Notes: generated from the letters alone by a model not told the origin. Positions 39,495 to 49,504 are shown, counted from the stretch's first letter. The stretch is 64,000 bases of DNA from Limnothrix sp. BL-A-16 (GCA_041937175.2 CP166615.1:2688001-2752000); one strand, 5' to 3'. Numbers and translations: made by a program.

Positions 39495-40505
39495 TTAGGA
39501 TACCTTCCAGTTATGAACTATCTCTGCCTTCAGGAGATCTTCAGGCGATAGGCCAGAGTTCCGATACCAATGTAGAAGCCGTTTGAGTCCTTCTTTGAGA
39601 TCTACTTTTGGCTCAAACCCTAGAATATCACGAGACTTTTGAGTGTCTGCATACAATCGAAGAACGTCACCAGGTCTGGGCAAGTCGTAGAGTGGTTCAA
39701 TCTCAGAATTACCTATTAAAAACAGTATTTCCTCTGCTAATTTGGACACTGACACCTCATAACCACTCCCAATATTGATTGTTTGACCTACCGCCTCATC
39801 AGTAAAGCCGGCCAGCAAAATCCCCCGAGCCGTATCACTGACGTATGTAAAGTCTCTAGTCTGATTACCATCACCAAAAATGACTGGTTGGATGCCAGCC
39901 ATACTGCGTATCAGAAACTTGGGAATGACTTCCCCTGAGTCTCCTTCATGATGACAGTGCGGCCCGTAAGCATTGAAAGGTCTCACCACGACTGTGGGAT
40001 AGCTGTACGTTTCATAGAACGCGCGAGTATAGGACTCTCCCGCCAGTTTAGCAGCTCCGTATACGGTCATCGGAAATGTTGGATGCTCTTCAGTCATTGG
40101 TACAGCTCTAGCTGTGCCGTATACTTCCGAGCTAGAAATATACACAAATTTTCTGACTCCAGTCTGCCGTGCTGCTATCAGTAACTTGAGGGTAGCGTTT
40201 GCATTAACATCGTGATTTTCTAAGGGAGAATGAATTGAGTGGCGAACTCCCAAGCAGGCAAGATGAAACACAATATCAACGCCTTTGAGAAGCTTAGCGA
40301 TAAGTTCGCTATTCCTGATGTCCTCAATACATAGCTGACAAGACCCATTATCAATATCAATGAGGTTTTCTAGCTTCCCGTTGACTAGGTTGTCTATTAC
40401 AACAACTTCATGACCGTCAAGACAGAGCTGGCGGACAAGTTCGGAGCCAATGAAGCCAGCCCCGCCGGTAACTGCTACTTTACAAGGTTTTGTATTCATA
40501 GACAC
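39495..40505 (-). CDS. NAD-dependent nucleotide-sugar epimerase/dehydratase (extended SDR)
   Basis: VTGGAGFIGS, SSSEVYG, YGAAK, RPFNAYGP and GDGNQTRDFTYVSD. Confidence 0.95.
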   Translation of the reverse strand: MSMNTKPCKVAVTGGAGFIGSELVRQLCLDGHEVVVIDNLVNGKLENLIDIDNGSCQLCIEDIRNSELIAKLLKGVDIVFHLACLGVRHSIHSPLENHDVNANATLKLLIAARQTGVRKFVYISSSEVYGTARAVPMTEEHPTFPMTVYGAAKLAGESYTRAFYETYSYPTVVVRPFNAYGPHCHHEGDSGEVIPKFLIRSMAGIQPVIFGDGNQTRDFTYVSDTARGILLAGFTDEAVGQTINIGSGYEVSVSKLAEEILFLIGNSEIEPLYDLPRPGDVLRLYADTQKSRDILGFEPKVDLKEGLKRLLHWYRNSGLSPEDLLKAEIVHNWKVS

Positions 40506-40534
40506 AGACTTTTACTAGACTTTTTGTCTCTAAT

Positions 40535-41215
40535 TTATGTACGCCACTTAATAAAGCGAGCCGGAACACCAGCAACAACTGAAAAGGGCGGGACATCTTT
40601 GGTTACAATTGATCCAGCTCCGATGATACTACCTTCCCCAACAACCACACCGGGAAGCAATACCGCATTCATCCCGATATCGGCACCGTCTTCAACCCGA
40701 ACAGGAGCAACTTGCAAGTCAGTTGTAATTATGGGTGCATCCAGAGGCAACCCGATGTGCTCTGAGCCAAGCACCTTAGCACCTGGCCCCCAACCAACGT
40801 ACTTCCCTATGCTTAAATCGCGAGCATCAAAGTAACTTTGGGGGCCAATCCAAGAATAATCACCAATACAACAGTTTCCTCCTAAACGTCCCTGTATATA
40901 TACCTGAGATCCAACAAAAACACCTTCACCGAATTCCACTGACTCCAAATGCTTAAAGTCAAAACCTGGCTCCACTGTTAGTCCACATCCTGCCGATTTC
41001 GACAATGCGTGAACGATCACCTTGCGCATCATATAATCGATAGCTGATCGACCCGTTAAGAACCGACGGTATTCTAGATGAATTTCTTCCAGGGTACACG
41101 TATTTTTGAGAAATTCTACTAGTTTAATTTCAAATTCAGGGTCTGTGGATATTCGTTGCTTGGCTCGAATAGCTTCTACGTTATAACGACGTGAATGCCT
41201 ACTTCCGCTTGACAT
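40535..41215 (-). CDS. Hexapeptide-repeat (LbH) acyltransferase
   Basis: VRVEDGADIGMNAVLLPGVVVGEGSIIGAGSIVTKDVPPFSVVAGVPAR. Confidence 0.9.
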   Translation of the reverse strand: MSSGSRHSRRYNVEAIRAKQRISTDPEFEIKLVEFLKNTCTLEEIHLEYRRFLTGRSAIDYMMRKVIVHALSKSAGCGLTVEPGFDFKHLESVEFGEGVFVGSQVYIQGRLGGNCCIGDYSWIGPQSYFDARDLSIGKYVGWGPGAKVLGSEHIGLPLDAPIITTDLQVAPVRVEDGADIGMNAVLLPGVVVGEGSIIGAGSIVTKDVPPFSVVAGVPARFIKWRT

Positions 41216-42320
41216 AGCGTATACCTTCCTCTACAGCTTTGCAGACTGCACAAACCTGTTCCTGAGTCATTTCTGGATAGATGGGCAAGGATAGAACCTC
41301 ATTGGCAGCTATCTCGGAGTGAGGAAACTTATTCTTTGTTTGTCGGCGATCTCGGTAGCCTTCTTGTAAATGGACTGGAATCGGGTAGTGAATGCCTGTC
41401 TGAACTCCTTTGCCCTGCAAAAGTGTTTGCAAGGATGCTCGATCAAAGACTCTCAAGGCGTAGATATGGTAAACATGCGATGAGTAAGGCATAACTTCAG
41501 GAACAAGGATACCAAGATTCCCAAGGTAGTCATCATATTGCTTGGCAACCCGACAACGTTGTTCAGTCCATTTATCTATGTACTTTAATTTGACCCTTAA
41601 AATTGCGCCTTGCAGCCCATCCATTCGATAATTGAATCCTCTTTCAGAGTGATAATATCTTTGACGCTGCCCCCAATTTCGCAGAATTCTCATTTTTTCC
41701 GCAAAACCTGGATCACTAGTAACGGCGATACCACCTTCCCCGTAAGCTCCAAGATTTTTTCCTGGGTAGAAACTAAAGCATCCAATATCTCCTAGACTTC
41801 CAACCTTGCGTCCCCTGTATGTGGCACCGTGCGCTTGCGCTGCATCTTCAATAACAATTAAGTTATGCTTACGTGCAGTTGCCAATATTGCATCCATATC
41901 TGCCGATTGACCATAAAGGTGAACAGGCACAATAGCTTTTGTTTTTTCTGTGATTGCCGATTCGATCTGCCCAACCTGAATGGTGTAGGATGAATGATCG
42001 ATATCAACAAATACTGGTGTTGCTCCTGTGTACTCAATAGCAGCAACAGTAGCAACGAAAGTGAAGGGTACAGTAATAACTTCATCTCCCGGCTTCACGC
42101 CTGCAGCAAGTAAGGCCAAGTGTAATGCGCTAGTTCCCGAGTTCACTGCAACTGCCTCGCTGGAATCGCAGTAACGCGCAAACTCTGCTTCAAAGCTTTC
42201 AACTTCCTGGCCCAAAATGAATTGGCTGCTTAGGAGAACTTTATGAATTGCATCGTCAATCTCAGCTTGGATACTGAGATACTGTGTTTTAAGGTCTAAA
42301 AATGGGACTTGAATGTTCAT
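41199..42320 (-). CDS. DegT-family sugar aminotransferase (WbpE/GnnB-like)
   Basis: VPFLDLKTQY, VNSGTSALHLAL, PVHLYGQ, EDAAQAHGA and FSFYPGKNLGAYGEGG; start placed at ATG 42320. Confidence 0.93.
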   Translation of the reverse strand: MNIQVPFLDLKTQYLSIQAEIDDAIHKVLLSSQFILGQEVESFEAEFARYCDSSEAVAVNSGTSALHLALLAAGVKPGDEVITVPFTFVATVAAIEYTGATPVFVDIDHSSYTIQVGQIESAITEKTKAIVPVHLYGQSADMDAILATARKHNLIVIEDAAQAHGATYRGRKVGSLGDIGCFSFYPGKNLGAYGEGGIAVTSDPGFAEKMRILRNWGQRQRYYHSERGFNYRMDGLQGAILRVKLKYIDKWTEQRCRVAKQYDDYLGNLGILVPEVMPYSSHVYHIYALRVFDRASLQTLLQGKGVQTGIHYPIPVHLQEGYRDRRQTKNKFPHSEIAANEVLSLPIYPEMTQEQVCAVCKAVEEGIRYVKRK

Positions 42321-42349
42321 AGGTTCTGACACTTTTATGAAAATCCTTT

Positions 42350-43387
42350 TCAATGGATGGTAATGGGGCTTCCCTTTTGCTGCATCGACAGACATGCTGC
42401 TTCGAGAATTTTGACAGCCTTTAATCCCTCTTCTCCAGCAGTTTTGGGCTTTTGTTGATAGTTTATGCAGTTTAGCAAATGATCAATTTCGACATACAGA
42501 GCCTCAAATGGCTCCAGCTTCGGGGCCCACATATCTCCAGTCCTGTAACCAACTAATTGCTGATAGCGGTCAGCAGTACTGGAGTTTTCACTAACTGTAA
42601 TACCCCGATCGTACACCTTGACCTTTTCGCTTGGCTCTAGATCATTATAAATAATAGTCTTGTCACTTCCTCCCAGAATAGTTTGTCGTATCTTGACTGG
42701 AGCAAGCCAGCTTACGTGTATATGCGCAATGGTAGTGCCCGAGAAAAATAAGGTCATGTAGGCAGATGTTTCAGGACTACCTTTGATATGAGCCACCCCA
42801 GTTGCAGATACAGCCAGCGGCTTATCCGGTAGAATTGTATTTATGATGGCCAAGTCATGGACAGCTAGATCCCACAGAACATTGACATCAGGCTGAATGA
42901 TGCCCAAATTAACTCGAACCGAATCATAGTAGTACAAGTTCCCTAAATGACCATCAGCAACCAATTCGCTCATTTTAACAACAGCGCTTGTATACGCAAA
43001 CGTATGATCCACCATCAAGATCAGATTTCGTTTGTCAGCCTCTTCGATTAGGTGTAATACTTGCTGGCTAGTATTCGCAATTGGCTTTTCAACTAAAACG
43101 TGTTTGTTTGCTAGTAAAGCTTGTAAAGCCAATTCGTAGTGAGTAGACACAGGTGTCGCGATTGCAACTACATCAATCTCAGGTGATTTCAAGATGTCTC
43201 TGTAGTTGAGAGTAGTTTTGATATTAGGGTAGTAGTCCACCACAGACATTAAACGTTCAGAGTTCAGGTCGCTGACCGCAATCACCTTAGACTGTGGATG
43301 GTTATGGAAATTACGAACTAAATTGGGGCCCCAATAGCCATATCCAATAACTCCAACTCCAATTTGACCTACTGAATTTTTAGGCAT
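42350..43387 (-). CDS. Gfo/Idh/MocA oxidoreductase (WbpB/GnnA-like sugar 3-dehydrogenase)
   Basis: VIGYGYWGPNLVRNF, IATPVSTHY, HVLVEKP and WDLAVHD. Confidence 0.92.
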   Translation of the reverse strand: MPKNSVGQIGVGVIGYGYWGPNLVRNFHNHPQSKVIAVSDLNSERLMSVVDYYPNIKTTLNYRDILKSPEIDVVAIATPVSTHYELALQALLANKHVLVEKPIANTSQQVLHLIEEADKRNLILMVDHTFAYTSAVVKMSELVADGHLGNLYYYDSVRVNLGIIQPDVNVLWDLAVHDLAIINTILPDKPLAVSATGVAHIKGSPETSAYMTLFFSGTTIAHIHVSWLAPVKIRQTILGGSDKTIIYNDLEPSEKVKVYDRGITVSENSSTADRYQQLVGYRTGDMWAPKLEPFEALYVEIDHLLNCINYQQKPKTAGEEGLKAVKILEAACLSMQQKGSPITIH

Positions 43388-43395
43388 CTTTAAAC

Positions 43396-43875
43396 TTAAA
43401 CTCCCTTTTCTCTAACATCCCCGATGATCACAGATGGTACCCCGGCGACAATGGCATAAGGTGGAACATCTTTGATCACAACAGACCCTGCACCAACAAT
43501 TGCATGCTCCCCTATTACCGCTCCACATCGAATAGTCGCGTTACTGCCAATAGAGGCTCCATGCTTAACAATTGTTTCAACAAGATTCCAATCTTCATCT
43601 GTTTTGAGACTTCCATTGACCGTAGCGCGGGGGTATAGGTCGTTAGTAAACATGACTCCATGTCCTATCAGCACCTCATCTTCGATAATCACACCTTCAC
43701 ATATAAAGGAGTGAGAAGATATCTTACAGCACTGGCCAATTCTGACTCCTTTTTGTATCTCAACAAAAGCTCCTATTTTTGTCTTTGATCCGACTATACA
43801 TCCGTAAAGATTGACCAAATTCGGATGGTATATTAATACGCCGGTATTCAAGATTACGTCTGATGCCACGGGCAT
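43396..43875 (-). CDS. N-acetyltransferase (WbpD/WlbB-like LbH)
   Basis: NLYGC, IGAFVEIQKG, ISSHSFICEGV, GHGVMFTNDLYPRA and GASIGSNATI. Confidence 0.9.
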   Translation of the reverse strand: MPVASDVILNTGVLIYHPNLVNLYGCIVGSKTKIGAFVEIQKGVRIGQCCKISSHSFICEGVIIEDEVLIGHGVMFTNDLYPRATVNGSLKTDEDWNLVETIVKHGASIGSNATIRCGAVIGEHAIVGAGSVVIKDVPPYAIVAGVPSVIIGDVREKGV

Positions 43876-44217
43876 GATAAAAAACCTTTAGACACTAGAT
43901 AGTAGTTTTGGAATATTAGCAGAATTTCGCATGAAAGTGTTAAGAACTAAACGAGCAGGGGCTAAATTGTGGATCGAGTCTATAGCGAAGCAAGACGAGA
44001 TAGATCTTGGACTCAAAAGAATTGTACAGCGCGCGGAAATAGGCTGTCAAAAATTGTACTGTCGAATATTTTGTCGTTAGGCAGTCCCTGTGAAGTGACG
44101 ATTCTCTAGCACAAGACCGTTTACCTAGAAGCGTATATCGCCACTAAAAAAACGGTAAACCGTACTATTTATCATTATATTAATTTCACGTGAGGCAAGA
44201 AGCCTGTATGACTAGGT

Positions 44218-46125
44218 TTACCTATGGACACCGTGAGGCAGCTCCACAGACATTGCAGTCAATGAGGTCAAAAGATCACCAATGTCTACCACGATGTCTT
44301 CTAGATCATTAAAAGGATAAGTACCGCCACTGGCTAAGTAATCAGATACTGAGCAACCAATCAAGTATTGATATATAAGACCACATTGATTAGCCAATGC
44401 CCAGTAATACTGTTGTCTGTACCTATGGGGGAAAATTTCTAAAACTTTCGTACCTGGCTGACAGAATACCAGATTTGTTAGCCCAGCGCCATGGGGGGCA
44501 ACTACAACTTCTGCGCCAGCAAGCAGGTTAGCTTGCTGATATACTGACAACTTACTAAGTGAAATGCTAACAAATCCGAGCTTCTTCAAAAATTCTTGTA
44601 CCTGTTCATCATTTAAAACCCTTCTGTATCGGGCTTCTGAACGGCTCAAATATAGATACTTGGGTAGGCTGCTTTTGATCTCTTCCGGATCTTCGTTTCT
44701 TAAGAAGAGAGATTTGATCAAGGCACACGTCGCCTTGTCAAACACTGGCCAGTGTTTTAGTGGTGATGGTACTATTAATCGATCTGCTTGTAGATGAGTT
44801 CCTGTTGAATTTTGAATAATCTTTGACTCTGGAATTCTCAATGCAGCAATTGTTTCAGCCTGGAAGTTAGACTGTATAGGATCAAGAAGAAAAGCATCAA
44901 AGCTATCCCAACCTGAACCAAATTGATTTAGTAGCCCTGCTCGGGCTACAAAATCAAACATCCAATGGCAGTAATTATTGGAGTAGCGAATTGATAAAAC
45001 TGCTAGTGTGCCAGCAAATTTCTGTTTTTCTGGCAGGTAATTAGAGGACGCAACCAATCCTGAATTGCCATAAGAAAGGTCTTCAATCAATTCTTGCGAT
45101 GAGGACAGAACTGCAGTCGTGCTTGGATCAGACCAAACAGTTCCCTGATCTACGAAAGCAATTCCTTGGGCAGCATACTCCCAAACCCCGCCAACCATTG
45201 AATGAAAGTATTGAGGCTTGATGCTTTGCGCCGGAGGCGCATAAATCTTTTGCTGATTTGAGCAAGTGTAGAAAACGACATTCTGCGGTTGCTTTTCAAG
45301 AAATGTCAGTACGATTTTTTTTGCATCGACAGCAAATTCAAATATTACATGAAGCGGTATCATACCCACAGAGCAACTGGCCGCATCTTCCTCTCGACCA
45401 AGCTTTTCAAGAGCTGTTCGAAGAAAATCAAATAATCCTGGCAAACTGGGCTGATGCTGTAGGCAGAATATTGCTAGGCTGATGGCGTGACTATAGTCTT
45501 TTTGGTCGATAAGTTTATTGATTGCTGCGTAGCAAATATTGGCTGCACTTAGGTGGTGAGGACTCCGTCGAATAGTTTCTAGGGCGTAGCTTAAGGATAG
45601 TTCGGCGTAGCCCTTCTTGCATAAATCAAGAAGATCATAAGAAATCAGAGGGCAATTCCAAGAGGTTTTGAGAGCTTTTGTATGATGCCGAATTGATTTA
45701 GTGAAATCTCCTTGGCTGTATAATAAGTTTCCCAAGCCCCAGTGCGTAGAAGTACAATCTGCTCGTTTTTCCAACGCTTGATGGTATGCTTCAATAGCCT
45801 GATCTAAAAGACCTAGCTCATGATAAAAGGTCGCAAGCAAGTAGTAATTGTCTCCATTTTGGGAATCTAAGAAGATTGCTTTTTTATATGAAGACTCCGC
45901 TAGCTTGGGATGAGACCCCCATACTTGGTATGCAAGCCCCAAAAGTTGATAGGCTTTTGGCGATTGAGGATGTAAATTTATAGCCTGCCTACAAAACTCT
46001 ACTGCTTCGGACGGGCAACCCTTATCCAAGAAAATCTGGGCCAGCTTTAGACAATCTTCTATTGACAAGGAATTGTAGAAAAAAAAGTTTCGGGGTAAAG
46101 CTGTCTCCATATATTGACTATTCAC
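44218..46125 (-). CDS. TPR + DUF563 (GT61-like) glycosyltransferase, second copy
   Basis: N-terminal TPRs; NYCHWMFD, LYLSRSEARYRRVLND and VVAPHGAGLTNLVFC. Confidence 0.88.
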   Translation of the reverse strand: MNSQYMETALPRNFFFYNSLSIEDCLKLAQIFLDKGCPSEAVEFCRQAINLHPQSPKAYQLLGLAYQVWGSHPKLAESSYKKAIFLDSQNGDNYYLLATFYHELGLLDQAIEAYHQALEKRADCTSTHWGLGNLLYSQGDFTKSIRHHTKALKTSWNCPLISYDLLDLCKKGYAELSLSYALETIRRSPHHLSAANICYAAINKLIDQKDYSHAISLAIFCLQHQPSLPGLFDFLRTALEKLGREEDAASCSVGMIPLHVIFEFAVDAKKIVLTFLEKQPQNVVFYTCSNQQKIYAPPAQSIKPQYFHSMVGGVWEYAAQGIAFVDQGTVWSDPSTTAVLSSSQELIEDLSYGNSGLVASSNYLPEKQKFAGTLAVLSIRYSNNYCHWMFDFVARAGLLNQFGSGWDSFDAFLLDPIQSNFQAETIAALRIPESKIIQNSTGTHLQADRLIVPSPLKHWPVFDKATCALIKSLFLRNEDPEEIKSSLPKYLYLSRSEARYRRVLNDEQVQEFLKKLGFVSISLSKLSVYQQANLLAGAEVVVAPHGAGLTNLVFCQPGTKVLEIFPHRYRQQYYWALANQCGLIYQYLIGCSVSDYLASGGTYPFNDLEDIVVDIGDLLTSLTAMSVELPHGVHR

Positions 46126-46481
46126 AAATTTTGAAAGATTAAAGTTTGCAACAGTTCAGGTCTCTTTACGGTTCGGGTTTCTTTTAAAATCGGAAGCATT
46201 GGAACTCGCAGCCTATATTACTAATTTATTTGTGTGCCAGCAACTTATTTTAACAAGAAGCATTTTGTACTTGTATAGAAAGGCTTTTAATTTACCTGAG
46301 GAGTAGCTATAAAGCGTCAATAACTGAACTGACGGGGTACGAAGTAAGCAGTAACTGTGCAGTGATGAGGTATCTCTATACTGCTTTACCACTGACTTTT
46401 TCTGCATTTGAGTGGGAGATAGATAAAGTTTAGGCGGTTATCGGTGATCGCAAAGTTGGCGGGGGGGCGTAGCATGGAAGG

Positions 46482-47546
46482 GTGAGTGTTTTTCCTTCGC
46501 CGCTGGTTTCATTGCAGTCGGGGTGCTGGTTCAAGCTGATTTGTGGCGCGAGTTTCCAGCATTTGCCGGCCATCCGGACTCTGGCCCTGGTCTATGGGCT
46601 AGCGGGGGCTGACTGTGTGGATGTGGCTGCTGATCCGGCGGTGATTGCGGCAGCACGATCGGGCTTGGAGGTTGTCCAGTCTCGATCGGGTCGATCGCCC
46701 TGGCTAATGGTCAGCCTGAACGACGGTGAAGACCCCCACTTTCGCAAAGCCCAGTTTAACCCAACTCAGTGCCCTCGTGATTGCTCTCGGCCCTGCGAGC
46801 GGGTTTGTCCGACGGGGGCGATCGACCTGGGCGGCGTAACTGAAAGCCTTTGCTATGGTTGCGGCCGCTGTTTAAATATTTGCCCGCTGGATTTGATTGG
46901 GGCGCGATCCTATGTGTCCACCCCCAGCGCGATCGCCTCGCTGGTGTTGCCCCTGGGCGTGGAGGCGATCGAGATCCATACGGTCTCGGGTCGCTATGAT
47001 GATTTTGCGCGGCTGTGGCGATCGGTGGAACCCCACCTCGATCGGTTGCAGTTGGTGGCGGTCAGTTGTCCCGATGGCCCGGATTTGGCAGATTACTTGC
47101 GATCGCTCTACGACCTGATGGCTCCCGGCTTGCGAGCGGCCGGTTGCGCCCTGATTTGGCAAACGGACGGGCGGCCCATGAGTGGCGACATTGGCGCAGG
47201 GGCCACGCGAGCGGCGATCGCCCTGGGTCAGAAGGTTTTGCAATTGCGGCTTCCCGGCTTTGTGCAGTTGGCCGGCGGCACGAACGATCGCACCGTGCCC
47301 AAGCTACGAGATTTAGATCTGTTGGGGCCCAATCGCCTGGCCGGGGTGGCCTATGGCAGCTATGCCCGATCGCGCCTGAAACCCGTGACCGATCGGCTAG
47401 AGGCCCTGGAATTGGCAGCGGGCCAAGCCGTGCCGATCGAAACCCAACCGGAATTACTGGCCGAAGCGTTAGCCCTGGCGAAACCATTGTTTGCTCCGCT
47501 CAAAGCTCCCCATGCTTCAATCCCGCTGGCAGCGTTACCGCCTTAG
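46482..47546 (+). CDS. ldpA: Circadian clock 4Fe-4S protein LdpA
   Basis: WFKLICGASFQ, ADCVDVAAD, LMVSLNDGEDPHFRKA, two Cys clusters and WQTDGRPMSGDIG. Confidence 0.93.
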   Translation: MSVFPSPLVSLQSGCWFKLICGASFQHLPAIRTLALVYGLAGADCVDVAADPAVIAAARSGLEVVQSRSGRSPWLMVSLNDGEDPHFRKAQFNPTQCPRDCSRPCERVCPTGAIDLGGVTESLCYGCGRCLNICPLDLIGARSYVSTPSAIASLVLPLGVEAIEIHTVSGRYDDFARLWRSVEPHLDRLQLVAVSCPDGPDLADYLRSLYDLMAPGLRAAGCALIWQTDGRPMSGDIGAGATRAAIALGQKVLQLRLPGFVQLAGGTNDRTVPKLRDLDLLGPNRLAGVAYGSYARSRLKPVTDRLEALELAAGQAVPIETQPELLAEALALAKPLFAPLKAPHASIPLAALPP

Positions 47547-47620
47547 CCTGTGGCTAGGTTTGTAGCGTTGCCTTGCTCCGAGTCCAACTTGCCGCGCCCT
47601 CTTGCTGTTAATTAGCTCTT

Positions 47621-49504
47621 ATGGTGATGTTTCCCGATACTGGCGATCGTCCCGTGACTTTGCAAACCGCCCAACAAGTTAAGGAAGGAACTGACTTGGC
47701 AGCAATGGCTGATTCCGCTGGCGCACCGGCTGCGGGCCGAGAGGCGATCGATCTGGGTCGCACTCGCAGCACCGATGATCTGAGCCAACTCCTGGGCATT
47801 TTGCCGCCCCACCTGCGGAAAGTTTTAGAACATCATGCGGATTTAAATCAGTTGGTGGAAGTGGTGATGGACTTTGGGCGGTTGCCCGAGGCCCGCTTCC
47901 CTGGCGCGCGGACTGAAAATTTGAGCGATAACCCCGTCACCCGTGATGATTTGGACTATGCGGTGGCGCGGGTCGGTCACTTTGGCGGCGACAACCGGGC
48001 GGGCATCGAACAAACCCTGCACCGGATCAGCGCCATCCGCAATCGTCGGGGCGATGTGATTGGTCTGACCTGTCGGGTGGGGCGGGCCGTGTTCGGGACG
48101 ATCGCCACGATTCGCGATTTGGTGGAAAGTGGCAAGTCGATTTTGATGTTGGGGCGGCCCGGCGTGGGCAAAACCACGGCCCTGCGGGAAATTGCCCGCG
48201 TGTTGGCCGATGAGTTGCAAAAGCGGGTGGTGATTATCGACACCTCCAACGAAATTGCGGGCGATGGGGATGTGCCCCACCCGGCGATCGGGCGGGCCCG
48301 GCGGATGCAGGTGGCCGAACCGGAATTGCAGCACAAGGTGATGATCGAGGCGGTGGAAAACCACATGCCGCAAGTCATTGTGATCGACGAAATCGGCACG
48401 GAGCTAGAAGCCCTCGCGGCCCGGACGATCGCCGAACGCGGTGTGCAACTGGTGGGCACGGCCCACGGCAACCAGTTGGCCAACTTAATCAAAAACCCGA
48501 CTCTCTCGGATTTGGTCGGCGGCATCCAGTCCGTGACCTTGGGTGACGAAGAGGCCCGGCGGCGCGGCTCCCAAAAAACTGTCTTGGAACGCAAGGCCCC
48601 GCCGACCTTTGAGGTGGCCGTGGAAATGCAGGAGCGCAGCCGTTGGGTGGTACATGAGGACGTGGCCACCACGGTCGATTCCCTGTTGCGCGGGCGGATT
48701 CCCGAGCGGCAGGTGCGCACGATCAGCGACACGGGCAAGGTGACCATTACCCACGAGCTGCCGGAGGCGGAAACGACGGGCCCCGATCGCTCCCTGGCCC
48801 CGGTCGGGCGCAATGGGGGCCCCAGCAAGGGTGATCGGGGCTGGCGATCGAGCGGGCAAATGACCCCGGTGCCGCCCAGTCGCCGGGCCGTCGTGCCCCT
48901 GGGAGCCGCCACGCCCCACGAGGAATTCGCCCAACTGCTCGATCGCCAGGACTACAGCCCCCGGGCGATCGACGAGACCGACGACCTGAAGCAAAACGGC
49001 TATCTCTATGTCTATCCCTACGCCGTCAGCCGCCACCAGTTGGAGCAGGCGATTCGGTTGCTAAGTTTGCCGGTGATTTTGACCAAGGAACTGGACACGG
49101 CCGATGCGGTGCTGGCCCTGCGCACCCACTTGAAAAATCACACCAAGTTGCGACACCTAGCCAAAACCCGCCAACTGCCGATCTATATCCTGAAGTCCAA
49201 CAGTACGGCCCACATTGCCCGCACCCTGCGCCGGATCCTGAAGCTGGACGATGAGGGCGGCGAGGTGGAACCGGTAGATCTGCGGTTGTTTGCGGACAAT
49301 GCCAGCGATGACGAGCTGGAAGCCCTCGAAGAAGCGCGGCTGGCGGTGGAAAACATCGTGATTCCCAAGGGGCAGCCGGTGGAACTGTTGCCGCGATCGG
49401 CCCATGTGCGCAAAATGCAGCACGAGCTAATCGAGCATTACAAACTCACCTCCACCAGCTTTGGCGAAGAACCCAACCGCCGCCTGCGGATCTTCCCGGC
49501 TTAG
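47621..49504 (+). CDS. ycf45: Ycf45 / SpoIIIAA-like AAA ATPase with C-terminal R3H domain (start uncertain, possibly 47705)
   Basis: RAGIEQTLHRISAIRNR, GRPGVGKTTALRE, DTSNEIAGDGD, EAVENHMP and RKMQHELIE..SFGEEPNRRLRI. Confidence 0.88.
   Translation: MVMFPDTGDRPVTLQTAQQVKEGTDLAAMADSAGAPAAGREAIDLGRTRSTDDLSQLLGILPPHLRKVLEHHADLNQLVEVVMDFGRLPEARFPGARTENLSDNPVTRDDLDYAVARVGHFGGDNRAGIEQTLHRISAIRNRRGDVIGLTCRVGRAVFGTIATIRDLVESGKSILMLGRPGVGKTTALREIARVLADELQKRVVIIDTSNEIAGDGDVPHPAIGRARRMQVAEPELQHKVMIEAVENHMPQVIVIDEIGTELEALAARTIAERGVQLVGTAHGNQLANLIKNPTLSDLVGGIQSVTLGDEEARRRGSQKTVLERKAPPTFEVAVEMQERSRWVVHEDVATTVDSLLRGRIPERQVRTISDTGKVTITHELPEAETTGPDRSLAPVGRNGGPSKGDRGWRSSGQMTPVPPSRRAVVPLGAATPHEEFAQLLDRQDYSPRAIDETDDLKQNGYLYVYPYAVSRHQLEQAIRLLSLPVILTKELDTADAVLALRTHLKNHTKLRHLAKTRQLPIYILKSNSTAHIARTLRRILKLDDEGGEVEPVDLRLFADNASDDELEALEEARLAVENIVIPKGQPVELLPRSAHVRKMQHELIEHYKLTSTSFGEEPNRRLRIFPA

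Larger units (their letters stand above)
33030..46430. other. Low-GC, HIP1-depleted, probably horizontally acquired sugar-biosynthesis cassette (boundaries approximate)
   Basis: Visibly AT-rich. I found only about two CGATCG sites (near 33331 and 42606) versus many per kb in the flanks. Confidence 0.85.
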
